From: Candidatus Algichlamydia australiensis
GTDB lineage: Bacteria > Chlamydiota > Chlamydiia > Chlamydiales > JAJFMI01
NCBI GenBank assembly: GCA_033977065.1
Contig: JAXCHI010000002.1
Coordinates: forward strand, 256,001 to 320,000
Length of the DNA stretch: 64,000 nucleotides
Direction: 5' to 3'
A model generated the notes under the pieces. It did no database searches and had not been told where the DNA came from. It saw only the letters and a list, made by a program, of their open reading frames with translations. The translations under genes and the position numbers were made by a program. This document shows, in pieces, positions 22,107 through 32,358 of this stretch; position 1 is the first letter of the stretch, and each line of letters opens with the position of its first letter.

Positions 22107-23048
22107 AAGTTTTTCTGTCGTTTCCCAGCCGATGCAGCTGTCGGTTAGGGAGAGTTTTTTTCCTTCATGCAGATGGCTCTCAAGCATGACTCCTAAAATT
22201 TGTCTATTACCGCCGCGTATCTGTTTCATGATGTTCGCAAAAACTTCCGGCTGTTTCGTGTGATCTTTTCCACTATTGCCATGAGAGCAATCGATTAGTA
22301 GGCGATTTTGGAGGTTGCGTTTTTGTAATAGAGAGTGCGCTTCTGCAATGGCATCCGCTTCAAAGTTAGGGCCATGACGAGAGCCGCGCATAATGAGATG
22401 GGTATCCGGATTTCCATGAGAACTTTGAGCGCTAAGCACGCCTTGCTCATCAATGCCAAAAAAGTGATGGGATGATCCTGCTGCTATCATCGCATTGAGC
22501 GCGCAGTCAAGAGAGCCCTCTGTTCCATGTTTGATTCCAACGGGGAGGGGAAGGTTTGATGCTAGTTGTCTGTGAATTTGTGAAGTGCAGCTGCGCGATC
22601 CGATCACGCCCCAGCTGATAAGATCGGAGAGGTAGGGAGCGATGTTGGGATCTAAAAATTCTGCTGCTAAAGGAAGACCAAGTTCACTTAATTGAAGAAG
22701 AAGGGCGCGTGTAGCAAGTAAACCTTTTTCTAGGTTGTGCGTGCCATCAAGATCGGGATCGTAGACAAGGCCCTTCCAACCAACTGTTGTGCGCGGTTTT
22801 TCAAAATAGGCGCGCATGACAATAAGAGCGCGATCTTGAATTTGATCGCTTAAGGTTTTTAATCTTCTCGCATATTCTAAAACCTCTTCAGTGTTGTGAA
22901 GAGAGCAGGGACCAACAATAATTGCAATGCGGTTAGACTTTCCGTGTACAAGGGAACGAATTTCGTTACGAAATTTTTGAATTTGTGCGGAGTGGCGGAG
23001 AGGGAAACGCCGAAAAAGTTCGCGAGGTGTCAACATATTTTTCATCAT
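22062..23048 (-). CDS. aroG: 3-deoxy-7-phosphoheptulonate (DAHP) synthase, class I alpha
   Basis: VGPCS, MRAYFEKPRTTVGWKGL, IDCSHGNS, GVMLES; start approximate. Confidence 0.92.
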   Translation of the reverse strand: MMKNMLTPRELFRRFPLRHSAQIQKFRNEIRSLVHGKSNRIAIIVGPCSLHNTEEVLEYARRLKTLSDQIQDRALIVMRAYFEKPRTTVGWKGLVYDPDLDGTHNLEKGLLATRALLLQLSELGLPLAAEFLDPNIAPYLSDLISWGVIGSRSCTSQIHRQLASNLPLPVGIKHGTEGSLDCALNAMIAAGSSHHFFGIDEQGVLSAQSSHGNPDTHLIMRGSRHGPNFEADAIAEAHSLLQKRNLQNRLLIDCSHGNSGKDHTKQPEVFANIMKQIRGGNRQILGVMLESHLHEGKKLSLTDSCIGWETTEKLLLNEFHPHLLTPVS

Positions 23049-23104
23049 AGATAACAGAAAAAGCTGTTGTTGACAAATCATTTTCTTCATATAATCGGGA
23101 GAAT

Positions 23105-24460
23105 ATGTCGTCACTTATGACTTGGGTCCAAACAATTAATGAATGGATCTGGGGGCCTCCTCTTGTTATTCTACTTTTTGCAGTTGGTTGTTTGCTTACC
23201 TACCGTACTCGTGGTGTGCAATTTCGTTATCTCTACTATGCGCACAAACTCGCTTTTACAAGACATGATGACAGCGCGCAAGGGGATATTAGCCACTTTC
23301 AAGCCTTGATGACCGCTTTAGCGGGCACAATTGGTATTGGCAGCATTGCTGGTGTCGCAACTGGGATTGTAATCGGTGGTTATGGCGCGCTTTTTTGGAT
23401 GTGGGTTGTGGGTCTGATCGGAATGGCAACAAAGTTTTCAGAAGCCCTATTAGCGATTAAATATCGCGTCGTCGATGAAGCAGGAGAGATGTGCGGCGGT
23501 CCAATGGAGTATTTGGAGAGGGGAGCCAAAAAGAGAGTTTTAGCGATCCTTTTCTCTTTCTTTGCTGCTGTAGCTGCGCTTGGTACGGGAAACATGATCC
23601 AAGCCAATTCTGTAGCACTTGCGATTCAAGAAATTGCTGGGGTGAATCCCATTTGGATCGGCCTTGTTCTCACGATATTTGTTGGCGCCGCACTTTTTGG
23701 AGGAATTAAAAGTATCGGAAGAGTGGCTTCTATTCTTGTGCCCTCAATGGCAATTCTCTATATTTTAGGGGGGATTGTTCTGCTCGCAATGAACGCCTCC
23801 GCAATCCCTCACGCCTTTTATTTAATTTTTAAATACGCTTTCACACCGCAAGCAGCAACTGGCGGTTTTGCAGGAGCCTCCGTACTTCTAGCCATTCAAA
23901 TGGGAGCGTCGCGCAGCATTTTCTCTAGTGAGTCGGGTCTTGGAACTTCGCCCATTGCTGCTGCAGCAGCGAAAACAGACACACCAGGACGACAAGCTCT
24001 TATTTCCATGTCTAGCGCTTTCATTACCATCATCATTGTCTGCACAATTACAGGCCTTGCTATTGGTGTTAGCGGGGTTTTAGGCCACATGGGTGCTGAT
24101 GGAAAACCACTAGATGGAGCGGCACTGGCGCTACGAGCGTTTGACACACTCTTTCCCGGTGGAGGAATTTTTGTCACCATAGCTCTTGTCGCCTTTGCTT
24201 ACTCTACAATTCTTGCTTGGGCGTATTATGGTGAGAAATGCATAGAATATCTTTTTGGAATTCGGGCCATTAAACCCTTTCGAATTATTTACACCCTAGT
24301 TGTATTCCCTGGGGCGCTCCTCAGCTTGCGTCTTATCTGGGGTATGGCCAATATTATGAATGGCTTGATGATCCTTCCTAATTTGATAGGTCTTCTCCTG
24401 CTTTCAAAAATTGTTTCTCTGGAAACAAAATCTTTTGATCTTCTTCATAAAAAGGAGTAG
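23105..24460 (+). CDS. Alanine/glycine:cation symporter (AgcS/AlsT family)
   Basis: GDISHFQALMTALAGTIG, GALFWMW, GGPMEY. Confidence 0.93.
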   Translation: MSSLMTWVQTINEWIWGPPLVILLFAVGCLLTYRTRGVQFRYLYYAHKLAFTRHDDSAQGDISHFQALMTALAGTIGIGSIAGVATGIVIGGYGALFWMWVVGLIGMATKFSEALLAIKYRVVDEAGEMCGGPMEYLERGAKKRVLAILFSFFAAVAALGTGNMIQANSVALAIQEIAGVNPIWIGLVLTIFVGAALFGGIKSIGRVASILVPSMAILYILGGIVLLAMNASAIPHAFYLIFKYAFTPQAATGGFAGASVLLAIQMGASRSIFSSESGLGTSPIAAAAAKTDTPGRQALISMSSAFITIIIVCTITGLAIGVSGVLGHMGADGKPLDGAALALRAFDTLFPGGGIFVTIALVAFAYSTILAWAYYGEKCIEYLFGIRAIKPFRIIYTLVVFPGALLSLRLIWGMANIMNGLMILPNLIGLLLLSKIVSLETKSFDLLHKKE

Positions 24461-24480
24461 TGGTACAATGCTTCATAAGT

Positions 24481-25743
24481 ATGAAACATTTTATCCTATT
24501 TTTTTCCTTTTTTCTTGTAACCAATCTCTTTTCAAAAGAGTGGTATGAAGAAGATGATGAGCTAGAGTTTTCTGTTGAAGAGGTTGATTATAAAAAACCT
24601 TTTCAAGCGATCGTTGTAGATCCAAACTTCTCCCCATTCGCTGGTGGGTATGATATTTTGTTTTTTCACCATCTTCTCACAAAAGGGGAGGACTATCTCT
24701 TGCGCAATAAAAACAAGGATCGCCCTGGAGCTGCTTGGTACCGTTTTTTTGAAATTTTTCTCTTTTGGGATCTTCTTGATAACATGCTCAGTGTTACGCA
24801 GCACGAAGTTTTTGGGCACGGGTATCGTCTGCGTGATGAAGGAGAAAATGTCCAAGGTTATATGGTTTCACCCTGGGCAGGATGGACGAGGTTTGATCCC
24901 AATGAGTCTACCTTTAAAACTGGCGAACTTATGGCAGTCAACATCGCCGGTCTAGAGGCAGAATTTATTTTAGCGCGTCTTGCTAAAATGAATTGGATCC
25001 GTAGCGGAAGAATTGATGGACGTCTCAGTGCTCTCTACAATCAAGCGCAACAATCCCTCTTCTGGTATACGATCATCACGCACATGGGTGAGCTTAAAGG
25101 TGATGCAGTCAGTGGTAACGACGTAGAGGCCTATCTCAATCTCCTCAACCTCTCTTATCCAAATGATCAAATCAATATTGGGACTCTCACAACATGGGCT
25201 GCCTTCAACTGGCTTGATCCGATGACTTTTTACTCCTATTTCTCAATGTTTTACTACATCGCTACAGGCAAGCCGTGGGAGTTTCCCATGATCCCCATCA
25301 AGGAAAATATTCGTTACCTGCCCAATGCGCGCATTGGCTACGCCCCATATGGCCCTGAAGCCTACTTTGAAAACTTCTTTTCAATCGATGGCAACCCGCT
25401 CTATGTCTACTTCAAAGGGGGCAAGCGCAGTGCTGGTGCGGGCTTCTCCTATAACTACTTTTTAGAAAACGAAAGAGTGACCCTTGGTGCAAACCTTGAT
25501 GTTTGGAATCAGGGCAAGTTCATCACAGATGCTACTGTAGAAGATATTATTGAGAAGCGACCAATCTTCCGCCCGGAACTTCTAGAAAAACAGTGGGGGG
25601 TAGCGGCATCCCTCACATCGACCGTCAAAATCAAGTCTTACATGGGGCTTTTTGTCGAGCTGGGCGGGAAAACACAAGGGTATCTTCCTGGCTATTCCCT
25701 CGATAAAGGGGTTGTCGCACGTGTAGGTTTAGTTTTCCAATGA
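24481..25743 (+). CDS. Exported protein, probable outer-membrane protein
   Basis: Signal peptide from ATG 24481; amphipathic aromatic beta-strands at the C-terminus (VARVGLVFQ). Confidence 0.6.
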   Translation: MKHFILFFSFFLVTNLFSKEWYEEDDELEFSVEEVDYKKPFQAIVVDPNFSPFAGGYDILFFHHLLTKGEDYLLRNKNKDRPGAAWYRFFEIFLFWDLLDNMLSVTQHEVFGHGYRLRDEGENVQGYMVSPWAGWTRFDPNESTFKTGELMAVNIAGLEAEFILARLAKMNWIRSGRIDGRLSALYNQAQQSLFWYTIITHMGELKGDAVSGNDVEAYLNLLNLSYPNDQINIGTLTTWAAFNWLDPMTFYSYFSMFYYIATGKPWEFPMIPIKENIRYLPNARIGYAPYGPEAYFENFFSIDGNPLYVYFKGGKRSAGAGFSYNYFLENERVTLGANLDVWNQGKFITDATVEDIIEKRPIFRPELLEKQWGVAASLTSTVKIKSYMGLFVELGGKTQGYLPGYSLDKGVVARVGLVFQ

Positions 25744-26417
25744 AAAAAATCATCTCCACGCTCCTTATTCCATTAATCATGGCAAGCTGTGCCACTTACC
25801 GCGCAGCGCCTCTTGAAGATCTTCCTAAAGACTCTCTGCAAAAAGTAAGAGGGACAGGCGGACTTTTAATTGGAGTTAAGAAATTTGAATCATTAGATAA
25901 TGAAAAATATCTGGGAAGAGATCTAGCTCATTCTTTTGTTGAAGTGCTACAATTCACTTATGATAACCCGACTTCAAACACTTTTGAAGTAACAGAAGAG
26001 AGTCTCTCTTTGCCTACTCTCTCGCCTACTCGCGTAGCAAGAAGTAAACGTTATCTTCCTACTCCTAGGTTTGTGGGATACACACTTGGGATTCCTCTTG
26101 CCGGCATAGCTTTTGCTATTTCATTAGATCCTTTAGGAGATTCAGGAATTGAAAATATCCAAGGTGCTCTGGCTATTGGGAGTATTATTGTTGGACCCCT
26201 TATAGGGATTACGGCTGGGTTTTCGGCCATCTCTGCAAACGCTAAGAGGAAAAAAGATTATATAAATAAAGCTGGGTATCCTTTCACAATTTTACCAGGA
26301 ACAAAAACAAGTCACCTTTTCTTTCTTCTTAAAAAAAATTATACTGTCCCTTTTTCACTTACTGTTACGGAAAAGACAACAGAGCAAAAACACACTATTT
26401 CATTTTCAAACTCGTAA
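25740..26417 (+). CDS. Hypothetical lipoprotein
   Basis: Lipobox MASC; internal Gly-rich hydrophobic hairpin. Confidence 0.7.
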   Translation: MKKIISTLLIPLIMASCATYRAAPLEDLPKDSLQKVRGTGGLLIGVKKFESLDNEKYLGRDLAHSFVEVLQFTYDNPTSNTFEVTEESLSLPTLSPTRVARSKRYLPTPRFVGYTLGIPLAGIAFAISLDPLGDSGIENIQGALAIGSIIVGPLIGITAGFSAISANAKRKKDYINKAGYPFTILPGTKTSHLFFLLKKNYTVPFSLTVTEKTTEQKHTISFSNS

Positions 26418-26427
26418 AACTTCTCTC

Positions 26428-26455
26428 TTGACAAATCCTTTTTAATCGCTAGAAT
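26428..26455 (+). promoter_or_regulatory. Sigma66/70-type promoter
   Basis: TTGACA-16-TAGAAT. Confidence 0.6.
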
Positions 26456-26492
26456 ACAACTCTTTGATACTAATAACCTACGAGGTACCTAA

Positions 26493-27101
26493 GTGAGATT
26501 TGTAAAGAGAATAGATGTGATTGTATTATGTGTCGGAACTTTGTTAACAAGCTGCGCTTCTTATCGAGCTACAGACTTAAGTGCACTTGATCCAGCGTAT
26601 GTAAATAAGTTGGAAGATACTGAAGGTCTAACGGTAGGCTGTAAAGAATTTTCAAGAAGAGATTGTGAGACTTATTTGGATCGCGATGTACGGCGTAAGG
26701 GCTACCACGCTGTGCAAATTACGTTTCAAAACTCGTCTGAAAAGAGTTATAAATTTTCTACAAATGACATTAGTTTACCTTGTGCAAGCTCTGAGGATGT
26801 GGCTGCGATGGTGCATACTTCAACTTTTGGCCGCGTGATGGGCTATGGGCTAGGATCGCTGGTTTTTGCTCCATTGCTAATTCCTGCAATTGTTGATGGC
26901 ATTAAGTCTTCTGCTGCAAATGCTGCTTTAGACATGGACTTTGCTAGGAAGTCTAATGGATCGTTTACGATTGATCCCTACTCATTTAAAAAGACGGTTG
27001 TCTTCATTCCTCATGAAGACTTTGCATCGAGTTTTGATGTGACTTTGACTGACCAAGCTACAGGTGAGCTAAAGAAAGTCCGATTACGTGCTGCGAGATA
27101 A
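26493..27101 (+). CDS. Hypothetical lipoprotein, paralog of 25740-26417
   Basis: Lipobox LTSC; SCASYRA vs SCATYRA; YLDRD vs YLGRD. Confidence 0.75.
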   Translation: MRFVKRIDVIVLCVGTLLTSCASYRATDLSALDPAYVNKLEDTEGLTVGCKEFSRRDCETYLDRDVRRKGYHAVQITFQNSSEKSYKFSTNDISLPCASSEDVAAMVHTSTFGRVMGYGLGSLVFAPLLIPAIVDGIKSSAANAALDMDFARKSNGSFTIDPYSFKKTVVFIPHEDFASSFDVTLTDQATGELKKVRLRAAR

Positions 27102-29849
27102 AATCAATTCTAGTTGTTTTTGGGCCGACGCTAAGTCGGCCTTTGTTTTTTCTACCAAGGCTTTGGGCGCGCGCGCTACAAAGCTCTCATTTTTCAGTTG
27201 CCCTTCCAATTTTGCGATCTGAATTTTAAGCTTTTCTTGCTCTTTCTCCAGGCGCTTTTTCTCTTTTTCAATTAGTTCTTGGGGAAGGGGGATTGTGATA
27301 TGTAACTCTTTAACTTGAGCGTTTGCTGAGAAATCAAGCTTATTTGGTTTAGCTAGGTGCAGTTTACTAATGCGAATAAGAGAAGAGAGAATGGTTTCAT
27401 GTGGGAAGTGCGCATCTCCTTCGATATAAACTTCTGTTGCTATGTTAGGAGCAAGACCCATTTCGGCGCGAATGTTGCGAATGGCGTGGAGGATTTCTTG
27501 CACTTTTTCAAATTCTGCCTCGGCTATATCGCAGATCTCATTTTCCTGCACTTCATGGGGATAAGGAGCAAGGCAGGCAACAGGAGAGGAGAGTGCTTGT
27601 AGGGCAAATTGTGTGTAGGGATCTTTTGGGTTCCCAGTTGGTTTTGGCAGGAGGGAAAAGATCTCTTCTGTGATGTGCGGTACCATGGGGTGAAGAAGGA
27701 GGATAGAGTGAAGAAGGATGAGGGTCAAAAGTTTTTTCTTATTAGCTTGTTCTGCCTCTGTACCCACCTTTCCGTAAAGGTAGGGTTTGCTCATCTCTAC
27801 GTAGTAGGCGCAGAACTCATCCCAGAAAAAATGGTAGGTCTCCATTGCGGCTGAGGAAAACTCATACTTTTTGATCTGTTTCTCTGTAGAGCCAATAATG
27901 CGATTGAGTCGCGAGAGAATCCAGCGATCTTCAAGACGAAGTGCGTTAAGATCAAGGCCTTCAGCGAGGTTGTCGGGTGTGTGCGTAAGAACAAAACGCG
28001 ATGCGTTCCAGACTTTATTGGCAAAGTTTTTAAACTCTTCAAATTTACGGCGGTCAAGGTCAATTTGTCGCGAGTGAGTGACAGAAGAGGCGAGTGCCAT
28101 GCGCATCGCATCAGCGCCATAGAGGTCAATGATCTCAATAGGATCAATCACGTTGCCCTTGGACTTGCTCATCTTCTCCCATTTGGAGAGGACATCTTTG
28201 GGGAGCGGTTTTCCCAAATCATAGTCGATACGCTCTTGTGGTGAGGCGTAAGCGATACTACCATCTTCTTTTTTTCGCCAATAAGATTTGCCGTAGATCA
28301 GACCGTGGATAAAGGTTTCAGGAAAAGGAACCTCTCCCATGGTGTATTCGCCCATTAAAATCATGCGTGCTACCCAGAAAAAGAGAATGTCATGGCCTGT
28401 AATGAGCGTAGCATTGGGATAGAATTTTTCTAGGTCGAGCGTCTTTTCTGGCCATCCAAGCGAGCTAAAGGGCCAGAGAGCAGAAGAGAACCAGGTATCA
28501 AGGACATCTTCATCTTGCACCCACTTATCAGGCTCTTGCTGAACTTCTGGAGGCAGACCCTCACCTGCAAAACAGATTTTTCTTTCATGATCGTCGATAT
28601 GGTACCAGATGGGAATACGGTGCCCCCACCAAAGTTGGCGTGAGATGCACCAATCACGCAGGTTGTCAATCCAGTGAAAATAGGTCTTTTCCCAGTCGGG
28701 AAGCAGTTTAATGCGCTTTTCTTGAACGGCTTTTTTCAATTTTTCTTTAAAGCCGCTCATTTTGACAAACCACTGTTTGGAAAGGAAGGGTTGAATTTCA
28801 GCTTTTGAACGATAAGAGTGGCCTACGCGATGAGTGTGCGGTTCAATTTTTTCAAGTAGTCCTAAGTTTTTCATTTCCGCGACTATTTTGTCGCGTGCCT
28901 CGTTCATAGACAGACCCGCTGCAAAAAAGCCTTCTACGATATGGCCATCTGGTGTCATGATATTGATCATGGGCAGCTCGTGGCGCAGGCCAATTTCAAA
29001 ATCGTTGGGATCGTGTGCGGGTGTGATCTTTACAGCACCGGAGCCAAATTCGGGATCGACATAGTGGTCAGCAATAATCGGAATCAGGCGGTCTGTAATC
29101 GGCAGACGAATTTGTTTGCCAATGAGGTTTTTATAGCGCGGATCTTTTGCGGAGACGGCAACTGCGGTATCACCGAGCATAGTTTCAGGACGTGTGGTGG
29201 CAATGATAAGGTGCTCAAGAGTTCCTTCAACAGGGTACTTGAAATACCAGAGGTGCGAATCCTTCTCTTCAAAATCGACTTCATCATCGGCGAGAGCTGT
29301 CTGCGTTACAGGATCCCAATTGACTAAGTAGTCGCCTTGATAGATGAGTCCCTCATCATACATCTTCTTGAAAATCGTGCGTACGGCTAAATTGGATTTC
29401 TCATCCATAGTGAAGCGCAGGCGTGAAAAGTCGAGTGAGCAGCCAACACGCTCCATTTGGTGTAGAATGCGCTCTTCACTCTGCTCTTTCCAGGCCCAGA
29501 CATGCTTTAAAAATTCTTCGCGCGAATACTCTTTGCGGCGTTTACCCTCTTTTTCAATGAGATGGCGTTCAACAACAGTCTGAGTAGCGATTCCAGCATG
29601 GTCAGTTCCAGGAACCCAAAGCACTTCATAGCCTCTCATGCGATGGTAGCGAATCAAGATATCTTGAAGAGTGTCTACTAAGGCGTGCCCCATGTGAAGG
29701 ACGCCCGTTACGTTGGGAGGGGGGAGAACAATCGAATAGGATGGTTTTTTTGAATGATGATCAGCTTTAAAGTAATTTTTAGTCTTCCAGCACTTTTGCC
29801 ACTTCTCTTCAGACTCTTTCGGATTGTAGGTTTTTGGTAGCTCGCTCAC
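27084..29849 (-). CDS. valS: Valine--tRNA ligase
   Basis: PPPNVTGVLHMGH, DWCISRQLWWGH, KMSKS. Confidence 0.99.
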   Translation of the reverse strand: MSELPKTYNPKESEEKWQKCWKTKNYFKADHHSKKPSYSIVLPPPNVTGVLHMGHALVDTLQDILIRYHRMRGYEVLWVPGTDHAGIATQTVVERHLIEKEGKRRKEYSREEFLKHVWAWKEQSEERILHQMERVGCSLDFSRLRFTMDEKSNLAVRTIFKKMYDEGLIYQGDYLVNWDPVTQTALADDEVDFEEKDSHLWYFKYPVEGTLEHLIIATTRPETMLGDTAVAVSAKDPRYKNLIGKQIRLPITDRLIPIIADHYVDPEFGSGAVKITPAHDPNDFEIGLRHELPMINIMTPDGHIVEGFFAAGLSMNEARDKIVAEMKNLGLLEKIEPHTHRVGHSYRSKAEIQPFLSKQWFVKMSGFKEKLKKAVQEKRIKLLPDWEKTYFHWIDNLRDWCISRQLWWGHRIPIWYHIDDHERKICFAGEGLPPEVQQEPDKWVQDEDVLDTWFSSALWPFSSLGWPEKTLDLEKFYPNATLITGHDILFFWVARMILMGEYTMGEVPFPETFIHGLIYGKSYWRKKEDGSIAYASPQERIDYDLGKPLPKDVLSKWEKMSKSKGNVIDPIEIIDLYGADAMRMALASSVTHSRQIDLDRRKFEEFKNFANKVWNASRFVLTHTPDNLAEGLDLNALRLEDRWILSRLNRIIGSTEKQIKKYEFSSAAMETYHFFWDEFCAYYVEMSKPYLYGKVGTEAEQANKKKLLTLILLHSILLLHPMVPHITEEIFSLLPKPTGNPKDPYTQFALQALSSPVACLAPYPHEVQENEICDIAEAEFEKVQEILHAIRNIRAEMGLAPNIATEVYIEGDAHFPHETILSSLIRISKLHLAKPNKLDFSANAQVKELHITIPLPQELIEKEKKRLEKEQEKLKIQIAKLEGQLKNESFVARAPKALVEKTKADLASAQKQLELILSRST

Positions 29850-32092
29850 CTATGAGAGGATAGCAGAGAGGAGATTAATTTTTCAAATTTTGCAGCCTTC
29901 ATTCGACGCCCTTGGGAGCGACACAAAATAGCGAGTTGACGGTAGAGGGCAGGAGTTTTTTCAGGAAAGAGAAGAAGAATCTGCTTTTCTGGCTTCGGTT
30001 GAGCCAAGTAATTTAAAGCGTTGTCAATATTTTTTGATAAAACTTCCTGCTCCTCTAGCTTTGTGACATCGGTCACTAAAAGTTCTTTGAGTATGGTTAC
30101 TTTTCCAAGCCAGAAGGCGAGCTCGATCGCGTAACAAAGCTCTTCTGCTCTTTGAGAAGAGGTGATGCGTTCCATAAAGGGAAGAGGAGTAAGACTTTTT
30201 TTTGCGCTTTCAAAAAGAAGCTTTGTCTCTGGGCGAGGAAGAATCTCTGGGTACATGCGAAGAGCAAGTAGGAGAAATCCAAAAGTAACTTGCAGTGACT
30301 GCTTCGAAGACTCTAAAAGACGGAAGTGGATCTGGTCGTAGAGGTAGGAGCGTGAGGGGTGGCGGGGAAAACGGCGCAGGCCAAACTCTAAACATTTGAT
30401 CTCCTCCTCAAAATCTCCCTCTTTTTGGTAGGTAATGGATTTGCCTAAATACTCAAGAGGGGCGCCTTCTGTATTCGAAAATTGCTCAAAAAGGGCATTT
30501 GCCTCATCAAATTTCTTCTCTTTAATTGAACAGATACCTGCACGAAAAAGAGCTTCGCGGCCCTCTCTGCGTCCTTTGAATGAGGAGACAATTTTTAAAT
30601 ACTCTTTGCTCGCTTTATCATACTCTTTATTTGCCATAAAAGCATCAGGGATACTTAGGCAATTGACTTTTCGTGTTGAAGATCCAAGCGATGCTTCAAT
30701 CGTACCGATTTCAAAATCTGTCTCTCCGTATAAGAGTCCAATATGACTACCTACAAAAGGCCACCAGCTTTCGTATGAAAGGACTAACTTCCCATCAATA
30801 TAGAGATTGAAGAGGTGCTCCTCTTTTATGATTTCAATTTCGTGCGTCTTGTCCGCTTTTAGTGCTACATCGGGAACGTAGGCTACCTGGGTATCTGAGC
30901 AGCACAAGCTGCAGCCAGGATTTTTTTCAGAACCGATCCAGACCATAAGCCCTTTATGTAGACTCGAGCGCTCTTCAGATTGTGGGACGGAAAAGAGAAA
31001 TCCAAAACCCTGGGAGCTGTATCCAAGCTGAAGCTCTGTAGCGATGCGGTAATTCCCACAGAGTGGTTGTTTAGAAATCATCAATACAACCCACTGTGTT
31101 AAGTCTAGAGAGGGAGTAACAGCTTGCTGTTTTGTAAGGTGAATTGTCTCCTGAAATTTCCAGTCCTCAGGGTTTTCTAAATTAAGTTCTGCAATTTTCT
31201 GCCATTCAGGTTTTCCCTCAAGGTAATTCTCAATTGCCGCAATAATCTCCATTACACTTTTGGGACGCTCTTCTCGATTAGGAGACAAGCACGCTTTCGT
31301 CAATTTAGACAGGTTGGGGGGAATTTCTCGAAAGGGCGCGGCTTGAAAGAGGTCAATCCACCTCTCTTTGTCTAAATTTTTCCTTGCATGCTCGAGTGAG
31401 CTGCGCTTAAACGGAAGTTTTAATGTTAGCATCAGGTAGAGTGTTACACCAAGGGCGTAGATATCGGTCTGAATTGTTGAAGGATCTCCTAAGATGCGCT
31501 CTGGAGCCATATAGGTCACCGTTCCCACAACTTTTCCGGGACTTGTGAGTCCAGGTTCACCGGACAAATCGAGGGATTCGTCTTGCTGACCAATAGCAAG
31601 TGCCACCCCCCAGTCGATGATGCGCACCTCACCAAACTTTCCAATAATAATATTGCCCGGTTTGATATCTCGGTGTAAAAAACCTTTTGAATGAATGAAG
31701 TGGATTGCTTGGCAAACAGGGAGGAGAAGACGCATTAGGGCGGGAGTTGATTTTCCAACCTCCGGTCCGAGTTTGCCCTGTTTTTCTGCATTTCTCGCTT
31801 TGACTAAAATATCTTTCAAGCTCTCGCCTTCAATAAAGGGCATTGTATAGTAGAGATCTTCTCCTTCATCGTGAATTTCATAGACAGGAACAATTGAAGG
31901 GTGGGTTAAACTCGCAGCAATTTTTGCTTCGCGGAGGAAGCGCCTACAGAGGATTTTATGTCTTTTCAAGTCCGAGCGAATGCGCTTTAGCGCAATTTGC
32001 CTTGAGAAGAGGGGATCGTAGGCGAGGTAGACCTCTCCCATGCCCCCACGGGCGATTCTACGAATAATTTGATAGCGACCTATTTTTTCCAT
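29846..32092 (-). CDS. pknD: Hanks-type Ser/Thr kinase PknD-like
   Basis: GGMGEVY, HRDIKPGN, DWG, YMAPE, TPR-like C-terminus; adjacent to valS as in Chlamydia. Confidence 0.88.
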   Translation of the reverse strand: MEKIGRYQIIRRIARGGMGEVYLAYDPLFSRQIALKRIRSDLKRHKILCRRFLREAKIAASLTHPSIVPVYEIHDEGEDLYYTMPFIEGESLKDILVKARNAEKQGKLGPEVGKSTPALMRLLLPVCQAIHFIHSKGFLHRDIKPGNIIIGKFGEVRIIDWGVALAIGQQDESLDLSGEPGLTSPGKVVGTVTYMAPERILGDPSTIQTDIYALGVTLYLMLTLKLPFKRSSLEHARKNLDKERWIDLFQAAPFREIPPNLSKLTKACLSPNREERPKSVMEIIAAIENYLEGKPEWQKIAELNLENPEDWKFQETIHLTKQQAVTPSLDLTQWVVLMISKQPLCGNYRIATELQLGYSSQGFGFLFSVPQSEERSSLHKGLMVWIGSEKNPGCSLCCSDTQVAYVPDVALKADKTHEIEIIKEEHLFNLYIDGKLVLSYESWWPFVGSHIGLLYGETDFEIGTIEASLGSSTRKVNCLSIPDAFMANKEYDKASKEYLKIVSSFKGRREGREALFRAGICSIKEKKFDEANALFEQFSNTEGAPLEYLGKSITYQKEGDFEEEIKCLEFGLRRFPRHPSRSYLYDQIHFRLLESSKQSLQVTFGFLLLALRMYPEILPRPETKLLFESAKKSLTPLPFMERITSSQRAEELCYAIELAFWLGKVTILKELLVTDVTKLEEQEVLSKNIDNALNYLAQPKPEKQILLLFPEKTPALYRQLAILCRSQGRRMKAAKFEKLISSLLSSHR

Positions 32093-32108
32093 TAGAAAAG
32101 TAATTCTA

Positions 32109-32315
32109 TTATTTTATAGATGTTTTTGAGTTTTCTAATTTATAAATTTTTTGAGAGAAAATACTGTTTCCAGCTTCCTTCCACCCTGCCAATTTCATGG
32201 CATTTTCGAAAGAAATGTTATCTGAAGAATCAAGCTCTTTTAGCCTTTTGCGCGCTTCTTTTACAAGGAGTTTATCCTCAAAAGAAAGTGTGTGTAAATT
32301 TTTTTTTGAACTCAA
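32109..32315 (-). CDS. Small hypothetical, possible antitoxin remnant
   Basis: 68-aa ORF with EDxxLxxxAxxRL...ISFE pattern; weak. Confidence 0.3.
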   Translation of the reverse strand: MSSKKNLHTLSFEDKLLVKEARKRLKELDSSDNISFENAMKLAGWKEAGNSIFSQKIYKLENSKTSIK

Positions 32316-32358
32316 CTTGCTTTCCTAATTTTCGGAATACCGCTACTATAGCATAGAT

